Below are positions 32,658 to 42,360 of a DNA stretch of 64,000 nucleotides, piece after piece. Position 1 is the first letter of the stretch, and the number at the start of each line of letters is the position of its first letter. Under the pieces are notes generated by a model. It was given only the letters and a program-made list of their open reading frames with translations. It ran no database searches and was not told where the DNA came from. The DNA is from Nitrospirota bacterium (GTDB lineage: Bacteria; Nitrospirota; Thermodesulfovibrionia; Thermodesulfovibrionales; UBA9159): the NCBI GenBank assembly GCA_963699545.1, contig CAVOUE010000005.1, positions 224,001 through 288,000 on the forward strand. The letters run 5' to 3'. Position numbers and translations under genes: made by a program.

Positions 32658-33689
32658 TCAATTCTCCCGCTCAAATCCGCTCAACCTCACCCCCACAAGT
32701 CTGACCTTCTTCCTGATCTCGAACCGGCCGAGACAATCAAATGCCGCCCTCCGTATCTCTTCCAGGGAATCGCTGTAGCCAGGAAGGGTCTTTGCCCTGG
32801 TCAGCGTCTTGAAATCGCTGAACCTCATCTTCACGGTCACTGTCCTGCAGCGGCACTTCCTGCTCCGTATATCTTCGACCACTTCCCTGGTGAGCTCCGC
32901 AACGTTCCTCGCAAGTTCCTGCCAGTTGTTGATGTCGGACTGGAAGGTCGTCTCCCGGCTCGTGGATTTCGGCTCCCAATGGGTGACAAGCGGGCTCTCA
33001 TCAATGCCCCGGGAGGCATCATAAAGGTACCGGCCGTATGATGTTCCGAAATACCTGAACAACTCCTCCGCGGGAATGGCAGCGAGTTCCCCGATGGTCG
33101 CTATCCCGATGCCTTTCAGATAGGCCTCTGTCTTCGGGCCTACTCCCCAGAGCTTCCTCACCGGCAAGGGCCATATGCGGGATTCAATATCAGCTTCGGT
33201 GACAATGGTGAGACCGTCCGGTTTTTGCATGTCTGATGCTATCTTTGCGAGAAGCTTGTTCGGCGCGATGCCGATGGAGCACGTGAGGCCTGTTTCTTCC
33301 CAGATCCTTTTCTTTATCTCCCGTGAGATCTCGCCGGGGGTTTTATCGGTCTCCGTCATGTCCAGAAACGCCTCATCAATTCCAACGTCTTCCATGACAG
33401 GAGAGAATTCACTGAGAATGGCCTTGATCTTTTCAGAAACCCTCGAATACTCCCTGAAATCCACAGGAAGGAAGATCGCTGAAGGACAGAGTTTGTACGC
33501 GGTTCTCAGAGGCATGGCAGAATGTATCCCGAACTTCCGCGCCTCATAGGATGCGGTGGAGACGACCCCCCTCTGTGCCGGGTCACCGCTGCCGCCGATG
33601 ACCACCGGCCTGCCGACGAGTTCCGGTCGTCTCTGCTGCTCCACGGCGGCGAAGAACGCGTCCATGTCCATATGAAGGATCCTTCTCAT
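32658..33689 (-). CDS. dinB: DNA polymerase IV
   Basis: HMDMDAFFA, SYEARKFG, IDEAFLD and KIASDMQKPDG. Confidence 0.95.
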   Translation of the reverse strand: MRRILHMDMDAFFAAVEQQRRPELVGRPVVIGGSGDPAQRGVVSTASYEARKFGIHSAMPLRTAYKLCPSAIFLPVDFREYSRVSEKIKAILSEFSPVMEDVGIDEAFLDMTETDKTPGEISREIKKRIWEETGLTCSIGIAPNKLLAKIASDMQKPDGLTIVTEADIESRIWPLPVRKLWGVGPKTEAYLKGIGIATIGELAAIPAEELFRYFGTSYGRYLYDASRGIDESPLVTHWEPKSTSRETTFQSDINNWQELARNVAELTREVVEDIRSRKCRCRTVTVKMRFSDFKTLTRAKTLPGYSDSLEEIRRAAFDCLGRFEIRKKVRLVGVRLSGFEREN

Positions 33690-33766
33690 CGGAGTAATTT
33701 TAGCATACAGTATCGCTGGTGCTCCCTCCTCTGGACATATCCCTCACAAAAGGGTTACATTTCAAT

Positions 33767-34999
33767 ATGGATTTATTCAAAGAAGAGATGCTGAGGGAAC
33801 CGCTCGCCTACCGCATGTGTCCCAGGACCCTGGATGAATATGTCGGGCAGGAACACATCCTTGGTGAGGGCAAGCTCCTCAGACGGGCTATCGAGGCAGA
33901 CAGGATCACCTCTATCATCCTCTACGGCCCGCCCGGCACAGGAAAGACCGCGATGGCGAGGGTGATCGCAGCGAAAACAAAGGCACACTTCGAGTGGCTC
34001 AACGCTGCCACCGCAGGCCTTGATGACCTCAGAAAGGTGATACAGTCTGCGCGAACAAGAAGATCGCGGGGCATCCCGACGATCCTGTTCCTGGACGAGA
34101 TACACCGGTTCAACAAGCTCCAGCAGGACGCGCTCCTGCCTGACGTAGAAGAAGGAAATGTCATCCTTATCGCGGCGACGGTCGAAAACCCATTCTTTTA
34201 TGTTAACAGTGCGCTCCTTTCGAGGAGCCAGGTATTCGAATTGAAGCCGCTGACAGAAGACGGTATCCTTATGATCCTCCATAATGCCGTGCAGGACAAA
34301 GAGCGGGGCCTGGGAACCATGAAGATGGTCGCTGAAGAAGATGCGCTCAGGCATATCGCAAGGATGTCTGACGGAGACGGCAGAAAGGCGCTCTCGGCCC
34401 TGGAAATTGCGGCACTCACCACACCTCCTGACGAAACCGGCACCGTAACCATTACCGTTCCCGTTGCGGAAGAGTCGATACAGAAGAAAGCCGTTGTCTA
34501 CGACAAAAAAGGCGACCAGCATTACGACACCATCTCAGCCTTTATAAAAAGCATGAGGGGCTCAGACCCCGATGCGGCAGTCTACTACCTCGCTAAGATG
34601 CTCTATGCCGGAGAAGACCCTCGGTTCATTGCACGGCGCATTGTGATCTGCGCGTCCGAGGATGTGGGAGAGGCCGACCCCATGGCACTGGTCCTTGCCA
34701 CATCAGCATTGAGGGCTGTGGAGTTCATCGGCATGCCCGAGGCAAGGATACCTCTTGCACAGGTGACCATCTATATCGCCACCGCGCCGAAGAGCAATGC
34801 CTGCTACAGGGCCATCGAGGCCGCCATGGAAGACATCGGGAAGGAGCAGACCCTGGAGGTACCGGATCACTTGAAGGATGCACATTACCCGGGAGCGAAG
34901 AAACTCGGCCACGGGAAGGGGTATAAATATCCCCATGACTACGGCGGGAAGGTGGAGCAGGAATATCTTCCCAGGAAGAAGAAATACTACAACCCCTGA
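33767..34999 (+). CDS. rarA: replication-associated recombination protein A (MgsA/RarA)
   Basis: PLAYRMCP, GPPGTGKT, DEIHRF and SAFIKSMRGSD. Confidence 0.95.
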   Translation: MDLFKEEMLREPLAYRMCPRTLDEYVGQEHILGEGKLLRRAIEADRITSIILYGPPGTGKTAMARVIAAKTKAHFEWLNAATAGLDDLRKVIQSARTRRSRGIPTILFLDEIHRFNKLQQDALLPDVEEGNVILIAATVENPFFYVNSALLSRSQVFELKPLTEDGILMILHNAVQDKERGLGTMKMVAEEDALRHIARMSDGDGRKALSALEIAALTTPPDETGTVTITVPVAEESIQKKAVVYDKKGDQHYDTISAFIKSMRGSDPDAAVYYLAKMLYAGEDPRFIARRIVICASEDVGEADPMALVLATSALRAVEFIGMPEARIPLAQVTIYIATAPKSNACYRAIEAAMEDIGKEQTLEVPDHLKDAHYPGAKKLGHGKGYKYPHDYGGKVEQEYLPRKKKYYNP

Positions 35000-35103
35000 A
35001 TGACGCATAGAGTTCATGCGCACGTAAGCAGGGGGCAGGTCCCTTGGCTCGCTTCGCCTCTGCAGATATAGTTAGTTTATTCACCTGCACTTCAAATATC
35101 AGA

Positions 35104-35132
35104 TTGACAAACAGGTCTTTCCCTGATACTTT
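35104..35132 (+). promoter_or_regulatory. sigma70-type promoter TTGACA-N17-TACTTT
   Basis: Consensus -35 and 17-nt spacer upstream of the structured leader. Confidence 0.65.
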
Positions 35133-35142
35133 CTAACTAAAG

Positions 35143-35250
35143 AGATGCTCACGATAAAGCCTCCGTGAGGAGGGGACGGAAAGCGGGTCTTAGCGAAGAT
35201 GGCCGAGCTGCCTAAGAACAGACATTCGGTAAGTTTGCCCTTTTTTGTTT
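35143..35250 (+). ncRNA. GEMM-I (cyclic dinucleotide)-like riboswitch variant with overlapping intrinsic terminator
   Basis: AAA-GCCTCC-GTGA-GGAGG-GGACGGAAAGC-GGGTCTT..AAGA-TGGCCGAGCTGCC, followed by a complementary GGTAAGTTTGCC and a T-tract. Confidence 0.55.
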
Positions 35251-35273
35251 GAGGAGAGAAAGGAGGTCGCCCT

Positions 35274-35582
35274 ATGAACGCAAAAGTCGTACATTTCCAG
35301 ATTAAACCGGGGAAGCAGGATGAAGTTGTCCGTTTATTCCAGGAGTTCGTTATTCCCGGCGCAGAGAAGCAAGAAGGATTCAAGGGAGGACTCTTGTTAA
35401 CAGATCCCAATACAGGCAAGGCCGCTTCGATCGCCCTATGGGAAACAGAGGCGGACATAAAAGCGAGCGAAGCCAGCGGCTATTATAAAGAATGGGTAGC
35501 CAAACTGAGTGATGCCCTTGCCATGCCACCGGTCAGGGAACTATATCAGGTGAGTAACCTTGTGAATCTCTCAGTTAAGTGA
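35274..35582 (+). CDS. antibiotic biosynthesis monooxygenase (ABM, dimeric alpha-beta barrel) family protein
   Basis: IKPGK..E, GFKG and IALWETE pattern. Strong SD AGGAGG. Confidence 0.75.
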   Translation: MNAKVVHFQIKPGKQDEVVRLFQEFVIPGAEKQEGFKGGLLLTDPNTGKAASIALWETEADIKASEASGYYKEWVAKLSDALAMPPVRELYQVSNLVNLSVK

Positions 35583-35614
35583 ATCGAAAACAGCTCGGAA
35601 AGGAGATGATGACC

Positions 35615-35782
35615 ATGAAAAAAAGCGCGCTTAAGGAAGTTGAATGCGACCCAAAGTGTGGCTTCCTTATACGGAGCCATGACGAAAAAGAAGTTGTTGA
35701 GATCGCTATGCGGCATGCGAAAAAATATCACGACATGACAATCACAGAAAAGGATGTAAAAGATATGATGAAGGATGCATAG
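35615..35782 (+). CDS. DUF1059-like small metal-binding protein
   Basis: CDPKCGF...HAKKYH motif. SD AAGGAG. Confidence 0.75.
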   Translation: MKKSALKEVECDPKCGFLIRSHDEKEVVEIAMRHAKKYHDMTITEKDVKDMMKDA

Positions 35783-35810
35783 CTCTGACAGAAGCACAGG
35801 ATGATGTCTC

Positions 35811-35840
35811 AAAGGGCCTGGAACACGAGGCCTTTTTTTT
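35811..35840 (+). terminator. intrinsic terminator
   Basis: AAAGGGCCT-loop-AGGCCTTTT plus T run, between convergent genes. Confidence 0.7.
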
Positions 35841-35842
35841 CA

Positions 35843-37078
35843 CTATATAGTTCTGCCCTGTTGCTTTACCCCCCTGAAATTCTTGTCCCTTCGTATAAGA
35901 TCATTCGGTCTGACCCCTTCAGGCACTTCAATGAAGACCGTGTCTTCGTTCCGTGCCGATAGGATATCGTTCCCGTCAGCGTCTTTCATTGCCCCGATCT
36001 CAAAGAGTCGCTCCTCAAGCCCGGGAGTGAGGTATTCCACGGAGTCTCCCGCGTCAAGCAGGTTCCTCAGCCCCACCTTTGCGATCGTGCCGTTCACCTC
36101 AAGGACCACCCCGACGAGTTCATGAGTCATGCGGTAACTCTCCCCGTCGAAATTGTAATCAACGTCCGCCTGCTTTCCAAAGAACATGCCGGTGGTATAT
36201 CCCCTGCTGCTGAACATTGCGAGCTCCCTGAGCCATCGGGGGTTCACCGTATATTCGCCGCTGAGGGAATCCAGGGCCTCACGATAGGTCTTGATCACAC
36301 CTGCCACATAGTTTATCCCCTTCATCCTCCCTTCGATCTTGAAACTGTCGACCCCAGCTTCCGAAAGGAGGTGCAGGTGCCCGATCATGCAGAGGTCTTT
36401 GGAGCTCATCACATAGGTCCCCCTCCGGTCCTGGAACACGGGGAAATGCTCCCCCGGTCTCTTCTCTTCCATCAGGGTGTAATTCCATCTGCACGAGTTG
36501 GTGCACTCCCCTTCATTGGCGCTCCTTGAAGCCAGGAAACTGCTGATGTAACACCTTCCCGAATAGGAGATACAGAGGGAACCGTGCACGAAAACCTCCA
36601 GCTCGGCCGCCGTCCCTTTCCTGATCTCACGTATCTCATCAAGCGCCAGCTCCCGCGAAAGCACAAGGCGTTTTGCCCCCATAGTTTCCCAGAAGACCGC
36701 GGATTCCCCATTGGTGATATTTGCCTGGGTGCTTATATGGATGTCGATCTCCGGCGCCTTCTTCCTCATCATCATGAAGACTCCGGGATCGGAAAGCACC
36801 ACCGCATCGGGCCTCACCGTTTTTAGAACATCAATGTGTTCCTCTATTTCGGACAGGTCCCTGTTGTGAGGAAAGATGTTCACCGTCACATACGCCCTCA
36901 CCCCGCGATCGCGGGCATATCGCACAGCCCTTCCCAGTTCCTCAGACCCGAAGTTCCCAGCCCTGTTCCTGAGGCTGAAACGCGAGTCCCCGAAATAGAC
37001 CGCGTCAGCGCCGTAATGGACCGCTGTCCTCAGTTTCTCGAAATCCCCTGCCGGGGCGAGAAGTTCAGGCCTCTTCAT
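35843..37078 (-). CDS. U32 peptidase family (TrhP-like RNA hydroxylation protein)
   Basis: [38 protein letters not shown] and FKIEGR. Confidence 0.9.
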   Translation of the reverse strand: MKRPELLAPAGDFEKLRTAVHYGADAVYFGDSRFSLRNRAGNFGSEELGRAVRYARDRGVRAYVTVNIFPHNRDLSEIEEHIDVLKTVRPDAVVLSDPGVFMMMRKKAPEIDIHISTQANITNGESAVFWETMGAKRLVLSRELALDEIREIRKGTAAELEVFVHGSLCISYSGRCYISSFLASRSANEGECTNSCRWNYTLMEEKRPGEHFPVFQDRRGTYVMSSKDLCMIGHLHLLSEAGVDSFKIEGRMKGINYVAGVIKTYREALDSLSGEYTVNPRWLRELAMFSSRGYTTGMFFGKQADVDYNFDGESYRMTHELVGVVLEVNGTIAKVGLRNLLDAGDSVEYLTPGLEERLFEIGAMKDADGNDILSARNEDTVFIEVPEGVRPNDLIRRDKNFRGVKQQGRTI

Positions 37079-37538
37079 CCTTCATCCCTTTTTTGCATTT
37101 TTTTATCCCTTCCCTGGCAAGACGGTCGCACCGTTCGTTCTCGGCATGTCCATCGTGCCCCTTTATCCATGCCCATTCGACCTCATGGGGTTCAGAGGCC
37201 TTGAGAAGTCTCTCCCATAGATCCCTGTTGAGCACTTCTTTTTTCTGGGAGGTCTTCCAGTTCTTTCTCCTCCATGCGCTGATCCACTCGTTCATCCCCT
37301 TCACCACATAGGTGGAATCCGTGATGATCCTCACCCTGCATGGCTTCTTCAGCGCTTCAAGGGCCGATATCACCCCAAGCAATTCCATACGGTTGTTCGT
37401 TGTCATCTCCTCGCAGCCGGAAAGCACCTTCTCCCTCTCCCCGGACCGCAAAATAGCCCCATACCCGCCCACTCCGGGATTCCCGCTGCAGGCGCCGTCC
37501 GCATAGATCTCAACGAATGGTTTCTCCCTTTTTCCCAT
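37065..37538 (-). CDS. rnhA: ribonuclease HI
   Basis: [20 protein letters not shown] and [13 protein letters not shown]. Confidence 0.96.
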   Translation of the reverse strand: MGKREKPFVEIYADGACSGNPGVGGYGAILRSGEREKVLSGCEEMTTNNRMELLGVISALEALKKPCRVRIITDSTYVVKGMNEWISAWRRKNWKTSQKKEVLNRDLWERLLKASEPHEVEWAWIKGHDGHAENERCDRLAREGIKKCKKGMKDEEA

Positions 37539-37693
37539 AGTGTTTTATATTACCTTTTTTGGATCATCAATTCCAAACCGTTCAGATCGTCTCACCGATC
37601 CCTTCATCTCCCATGACTTTGTGATAGAATATCGGCAGCGTAGCAGCTGCTCTTTTGCGAATTATCCTCACCGCCTCTTAAGAAAGGATTTTT

Positions 37694-39490
37694 ATGAAAC
37701 ATACCACATGGAATCTCACCCCTCTCTTTGCGGGTGACAGCGACCCGCGGATAGAGAAAGAACTGAGAATTGTTGAACAGAAGAGTTACGACTTCATCAG
37801 GAAATGGAAGCAGAGGAAAGACTATCTCAGAGACCCCTTCGTCATGAAGCAGGCGCTTGATGAGTACGAATCATGGTCGCGCCATTACGGAACTGACGGG
37901 AGCGCCGGCTATTACTTCCTGCTCCGGACCCAGCAGGACAAGAATGACCCCGGGCTGAAGGCGAAATTCAACAAGATGGAGGAGTTCGGCAGAAAGATCC
38001 AGAACGACATCCAGTTCTTTCATCTCAGGATCGGCAAGATCCCCCAAAAGGTTCAAAGGGAGTTCCTGGAATATCCTCCGCTGAAAGAGTATGCGCATTT
38101 CCTCGGCAGGATATTCGCAGAGTCGCGGTTCCTCCTCCGCGAACACGAGGAGAAGATACTGAACCTCAAGGCATCCACATCGTATTCCAACTGGGTGAAG
38201 ATGACCTCGGGCTTCCTCGCGGAAGAAGAAGGCGACGTCATACAGGAAGACGGCTCACGAGGAAAGAAGACGTTTTCGGAGATCCTGAGTCTCATGAACA
38301 GCAAGAACAGGGAGACACGGGATTCTGCGGCAAAGGCGTTCAACGGTATACTAGAAAAACATGTGAACGTCGCGGAGGCTGAGATGAATTCCATCCTGGC
38401 CAACAAGAAAGTAGATGATGAGCTCCGGGGGATACCGAGACCTGACTTCGCCCGGCATATAAGCGACGACATAGACAGCGACATTGTGGATGCCCTGATA
38501 AAGGCCGTGACCGATCGCTTCTCCATCCCCTCGCGGTTCTACCGGCTCAAGGCCCGGCTCATGGGGGTGAAGAGACTGAAATACCATGAGAGAAATGTTG
38601 AATATGGGAACGTCGGTAGGGAATATCCCTATAAGGAGGCGCTCACCCTTGTTCTTAAGGTTTTCAGGAACCTTGATGCGACGTTTGCGAAGATCCTGGA
38701 CGGATATATCCGGAACGGCCAGATGGACGTCTACCCGAAAAAGGGGAAGTCCGGCGGCGCCTTTTGCACGCACCACCTCATCACGCATCCGACGTACATC
38801 CTCCTCAACCATACCGGCAAGCTCTACGACGTCCTGACCCTTGCCCACGAGCTGGGCCATGGGATCAACAATGAACTGGTCAGGGAGAAACAGAATGCCC
38901 TGAGTTTCGGCGCTCCTCTTTCCACAGCAGAAGTGGCCAGTACCTTTATGGAGGACTTCGTGCTCCAGGAGATACTCAAGAGGGCCGATGACGAGCTGCG
39001 GCTTTCGATCATGATGATGAAGCTCCATGACGACATGTCGACCATCTTCAGGCAGGTGGCATGCTACCGCTTCGAGCAGGAGCTCCACAGCGAATTCAGG
39101 CGGACGGGATATCTCTCAAAGGAAGAGATAGGGAGGCTGTTCCGGAAGCACATGGCCGCTTATATGGGAGATGCGGTGGAACAGTCCAGGGGCTCCGAGA
39201 ACTGGTGGGTCTATTGGAGCCACATCCGCAGCTTTTTCTATGTCTATTCCTACGCCAGCGGCCTCCTGATCTCCAAGTCGCTGCAGCACTCTGTGAAAGA
39301 GGACCCTGCCTTTATCCGGAATGTCAAAAGGTTCCTGTCCGCAGGACTTTCGGATTCTCCGAAGAATATCTTCGGGAAGCTGGGGATCGATATCGCTGAC
39401 AAAGAGTTCTGGGAAAGGGGACTGGACGAGGTGGAGAGGCTCTTGCAGGAGACGGAAAGACTGGCGAGGAAATTAGGAAAGATTAAATGA
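37694..39490 (+). CDS. pepF: M3 family oligoendopeptidase F
   Basis: WNL start, GKSGGAF, AHELGHG zinc motif, AEVAS and FYVYSYA. Confidence 0.9.
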   Translation: MKHTTWNLTPLFAGDSDPRIEKELRIVEQKSYDFIRKWKQRKDYLRDPFVMKQALDEYESWSRHYGTDGSAGYYFLLRTQQDKNDPGLKAKFNKMEEFGRKIQNDIQFFHLRIGKIPQKVQREFLEYPPLKEYAHFLGRIFAESRFLLREHEEKILNLKASTSYSNWVKMTSGFLAEEEGDVIQEDGSRGKKTFSEILSLMNSKNRETRDSAAKAFNGILEKHVNVAEAEMNSILANKKVDDELRGIPRPDFARHISDDIDSDIVDALIKAVTDRFSIPSRFYRLKARLMGVKRLKYHERNVEYGNVGREYPYKEALTLVLKVFRNLDATFAKILDGYIRNGQMDVYPKKGKSGGAFCTHHLITHPTYILLNHTGKLYDVLTLAHELGHGINNELVREKQNALSFGAPLSTAEVASTFMEDFVLQEILKRADDELRLSIMMMKLHDDMSTIFRQVACYRFEQELHSEFRRTGYLSKEEIGRLFRKHMAAYMGDAVEQSRGSENWWVYWSHIRSFFYVYSYASGLLISKSLQHSVKEDPAFIRNVKRFLSAGLSDSPKNIFGKLGIDIADKEFWERGLDEVERLLQETERLARKLGKIK

Positions 39491-39491
39491 G

Positions 39492-39544
39492 CACGGTGAG
39501 GCAGGGGGCGTTTCCTGCCGATTCGGTGTATTCAGTTGTTACGC
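39492..39544 (-). other. truncated attC-like site
   Basis: On the minus strand the gene stop lies in GCGTAAC (R''-like), followed by AACTG-AATACACCGAATC, hairpin GGCAGG..CCTGCC and TCACCGTG. The R' end is missing. Confidence 0.4.
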
Positions 39545-39760
39545 TGTTACTGATTCTAGTTTTTCTTTTGTAATATTAGGCAGGCGCACTGGAGCAAAGA
39601 ATGTCTCGGGATACAAATAATCTTCGCCTGTCTCATCAATAACTCTTATCTGGTGATGTTTTTCTGCCGCCCTGTCAGTCAAAACTTCATACAGTTTTCT
39701 TATCTCCAGTGAAGATTTATAACCGTGGTTATCTACGCATATCATAAAATGTTTTCTCAT
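39539..39760 (-). CDS. small conserved protein, putative antitoxin/immunity (RVIDETGEDYLYP motif)
   Basis: 73 aa, AT-rich, SD AAGGAG, second gene of a tight pair. Confidence 0.7.
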   Translation of the reverse strand: MRKHFMICVDNHGYKSSLEIRKLYEVLTDRAAEKHHQIRVIDETGEDYLYPETFFAPVRLPNITKEKLESVTA

Positions 39761-39772
39761 CGCTGTTCTCCT

Positions 39773-40003
39773 TCATAAATAGTTCTTGATTTTTATTTCT
39801 CTTTTCCCGATGCCATGTCCCTCATACCAATGGACTTCAGCCTCAAGCACAGCACCGTCTTCCAGTTCCACGCGGCAAATGCCTTTCATTTTTCTCCAGT
39901 TTGCTTTTCCGTATATCTTGTTCAACCTGTTTAAATTATTTATCCCATGCCCTGTAGCAATAGTTTCAATATCCCGAATTGCCCCCCTGATCTTAAAGTA
40001 CAT
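39773..40003 (-). CDS. small basic protein, putative toxin (WRKMKG...AEVHWYE..GIGK.E.K.K motif)
   Basis: 76 aa, Lys/Arg-rich, AT-rich, first gene of the pair. Confidence 0.7.
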   Translation of the reverse strand: MYFKIRGAIRDIETIATGHGINNLNRLNKIYGKANWRKMKGICRVELEDGAVLEAEVHWYEGHGIGKREIKIKNYL

Positions 40004-40223
40004 ACTAAATTCTAACCGTTCTTATTGTCTTTTTCATAGGCATAACGACAACCTTAACCAGCGCGGGCAACCAGCCTATGCAGAAAACCACAGAGGCTAT
40101 TCCCTGTCGCGAACCTCCTGTTTGCTGTCCCTATGGACTAAATATAGCATAGCTGGAAAAATTCTTAACGTGCAATACGAAAGGCGAGGAGCACACGAAG
40201 AAAGTGCGTTCTGGTGCCTTATC

Positions 40224-41264
40224 TCACAATCTTATCCCCGGCCAGGTTTCGATGGGGCTGGTAGAACGGACCACATTCATACCGGCGTCAGAGAATCTCA
40301 TGAACGCGGCGTCGGCCAGGTCGGTATAGTCCATGACGCCGGGGACGACTACGGATGAGGTGCAGTCTTCGAGGAGATAGACCTTTTCCACAAGGCGTCT
40401 GTCCCTGGCAAGAATATCATCGAGAAGATCGTCGATCGTCCATGCCACACAGTGGCTCTTGGCCTGTCCGGCAATGACCACGGCATCAAACTGGAGAAGC
40501 TTATTGAAGAACTTATCGCTCTTCTGTCCGATTGATTCCCCTCCGGGTCCCTCCAGAACTTCCGGCCCGAGGACGGAATAATGCTCGGTAAAGGGCCTGT
40601 CCCCCTTCACATGGAAATCAGTCTGGCTGTACCGCGCCACGCAGTGGAAGAATACGGCTTCCTCCACCGACGCCACAAGGGCATGGCCGATGCCCCCGAG
40701 CATCCCGTGAAAGGGCCATATGGTGAGGTCGTATTTCCCCCCTTCTTTCAGTTTCCCCGCGTAATAGAGAAGGTGCCTCTGCCCATACTCTTCATCGATC
40801 TGAAAACTGTGGCAGAGGGCCGGGTTGAACCTCCATTTCCCTGTCCGGATGTCATCCGCGGAGATGAGCGTGAACGGCGCAGGATGCTCCCCTTTATCGT
40901 TCACAAGGTAAAGGGCGTGGAATATCTGCATGGCCTGATGGGTGTCCATGGTCGGACATATCTGGGTGATCGCATCAAGGTTCCGGTAGATGAATTCAGA
41001 AAGCCTCCGGTTGTCATCAACGGCTCCTCTCCCTGAACGGCCGCCCACGTAGAGTTCAAACCCGGGAATGCAGAAGGTGTTCTGCACATCAACTGCCACC
41101 AGACAGATCTTGAATGTGTCAGCGGAAGCAGGCGGGATGTCATGCTGCCGCGCCCACTTCCTCGCATCTTCAACGCGCTGCTGATAGGGGACCTTCCAGA
41201 CCTCGCCGGTTTTCCCGGGATCGAAGTGAGGCGGAAAAGGGAGTTCCATCCGAGGCATGATCAC
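40224..41264 (-). CDS. isochorismatase/nicotinamidase-like cysteine hydrolase
   Basis: VDVQNTF, TMDTH, WPFH, KG, AGQAKSHCV and EDCTS. Confidence 0.8.
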   Translation of the reverse strand: MIMPRMELPFPPHFDPGKTGEVWKVPYQQRVEDARKWARQHDIPPASADTFKICLVAVDVQNTFCIPGFELYVGGRSGRGAVDDNRRLSEFIYRNLDAITQICPTMDTHQAMQIFHALYLVNDKGEHPAPFTLISADDIRTGKWRFNPALCHSFQIDEEYGQRHLLYYAGKLKEGGKYDLTIWPFHGMLGGIGHALVASVEEAVFFHCVARYSQTDFHVKGDRPFTEHYSVLGPEVLEGPGGESIGQKSDKFFNKLLQFDAVVIAGQAKSHCVAWTIDDLLDDILARDRRLVEKVYLLEDCTSSVVVPGVMDYTDLADAAFMRFSDAGMNVVRSTSPIETWPGIRL

Positions 41265-41270
41265 CCCTTC

Positions 41271-41768
41271 TTATTCCGCTATGTCCGGAATCACTTTGAA
41301 CTTCTCGCCCAGCGCCTTGAGCACCACATCAGGGACAAGGCCTTTCATCGAACCCCCAAAGGAGGCAGCCTCCTTGACGATAGTGGAAGTGAGAAAGGAG
41401 TATTCCTCGGACGGCATCATGAAGACCGTTTCCACGGTCATGTCCAGCCTCCGGTTCATGAGGGCCATCTGCAATTCATATTCAAAATCAGAGACCGCAC
41501 GCAATCCCCTTACGATGGCAACCCCGCCCCGGGACTTGGCATATGCCACCAGGAGCCCGTTGAAGGCCTCTACTCTGACGTTACCGTATACCTTCACCGA
41601 TTCCCGTATCAGCCTGAGCCTTTCCTCAAGGGTAAAGAGGGGCTGCTTCTTCGGACTGGGGGCTACGGCGATGACTATCTCGTCAAAGATCCTCAAGCCC
41701 CTCTGGACCAGGTCCAGGTGACCGTTGGTGATGGGATCAAAGGTGCCGGGATAGATGCCTGTCTTCAT
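41271..41768 (-). CDS. coaD: pantetheine-phosphate adenylyltransferase
   Basis: YPGTFDPITNGH and RGLRAVSDFEYE. Confidence 0.96.
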   Translation of the reverse strand: MKTGIYPGTFDPITNGHLDLVQRGLRIFDEIVIAVAPSPKKQPLFTLEERLRLIRESVKVYGNVRVEAFNGLLVAYAKSRGGVAIVRGLRAVSDFEYELQMALMNRRLDMTVETVFMMPSEEYSFLTSTIVKEAASFGGSMKGLVPDVVLKALGEKFKVIPDIAE

Positions 41769-41778
41769 TGAATCCTCC

Positions 41779-42360
41779 CTAAAGGTCGTAATGCGCCCTG
41801 TACAACGTCAGAACGGTATCACCATATTTATAAGCCTTCACAAATGCAAGCCTCCCCGCTGATTCGGGAAGCTTCGTCCTCGAAAAATGCTCAGCGATCA
41901 CGAGACCCCCTTCCCGTATCACCTTTCCCTCCCCGATGAGGGGAAGGATCTTTGTGAGCTCTCCGGAACCATAGGGCGGATCAAGAAATATGATGTCATA
42001 GCGCTGTCCCTTCCTTCCTTCCCTCTCCAGGAAATCGTATGCCCTGAGATGTATCACCTTCGCCCTGCCGGAAAAATCAAATTCGGACACAAGATGCTCG
42101 ATCATCCGGACCCTCATCGTATTCGTCTCGACCATGACCGCCTTCGCCGCCCCCCGGCTCAACGCCTCTATCCCCATTCCCCCTGTTCCCGCATACAGGT
42201 CGAGGAAAACCGCTCCGGGGAGTTCCTTTCTTATGATATCAAAGAGCGCTTCCCTGACCTTGGCTGAGGTCGGTCTCAGCCCGTCACCATCATTCTTCTT
42301 CAGGAACGCCTTCCTGAAACCGATCTTCCTGCCCTTGGCGCTCCCGCCGGAAATTCTCAC
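41779..42360 (-). CDS. rsmD: 16S rRNA (guanine966-N2)-methyltransferase
   Basis: RPTSAKVREALF, LDLYAGTG, EALSRGA and DPPY. Confidence 0.92.
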   Translation of the reverse strand: MRISGGSAKGRKIGFRKAFLKKNDGDGLRPTSAKVREALFDIIRKELPGAVFLDLYAGTGGMGIEALSRGAAKAVMVETNTMRVRMIEHLVSEFDFSGRAKVIHLRAYDFLEREGRKGQRYDIIFLDPPYGSGELTKILPLIGEGKVIREGGLVIAEHFSRTKLPESAGRLAFVKAYKYGDTVLTLYRAHYDL

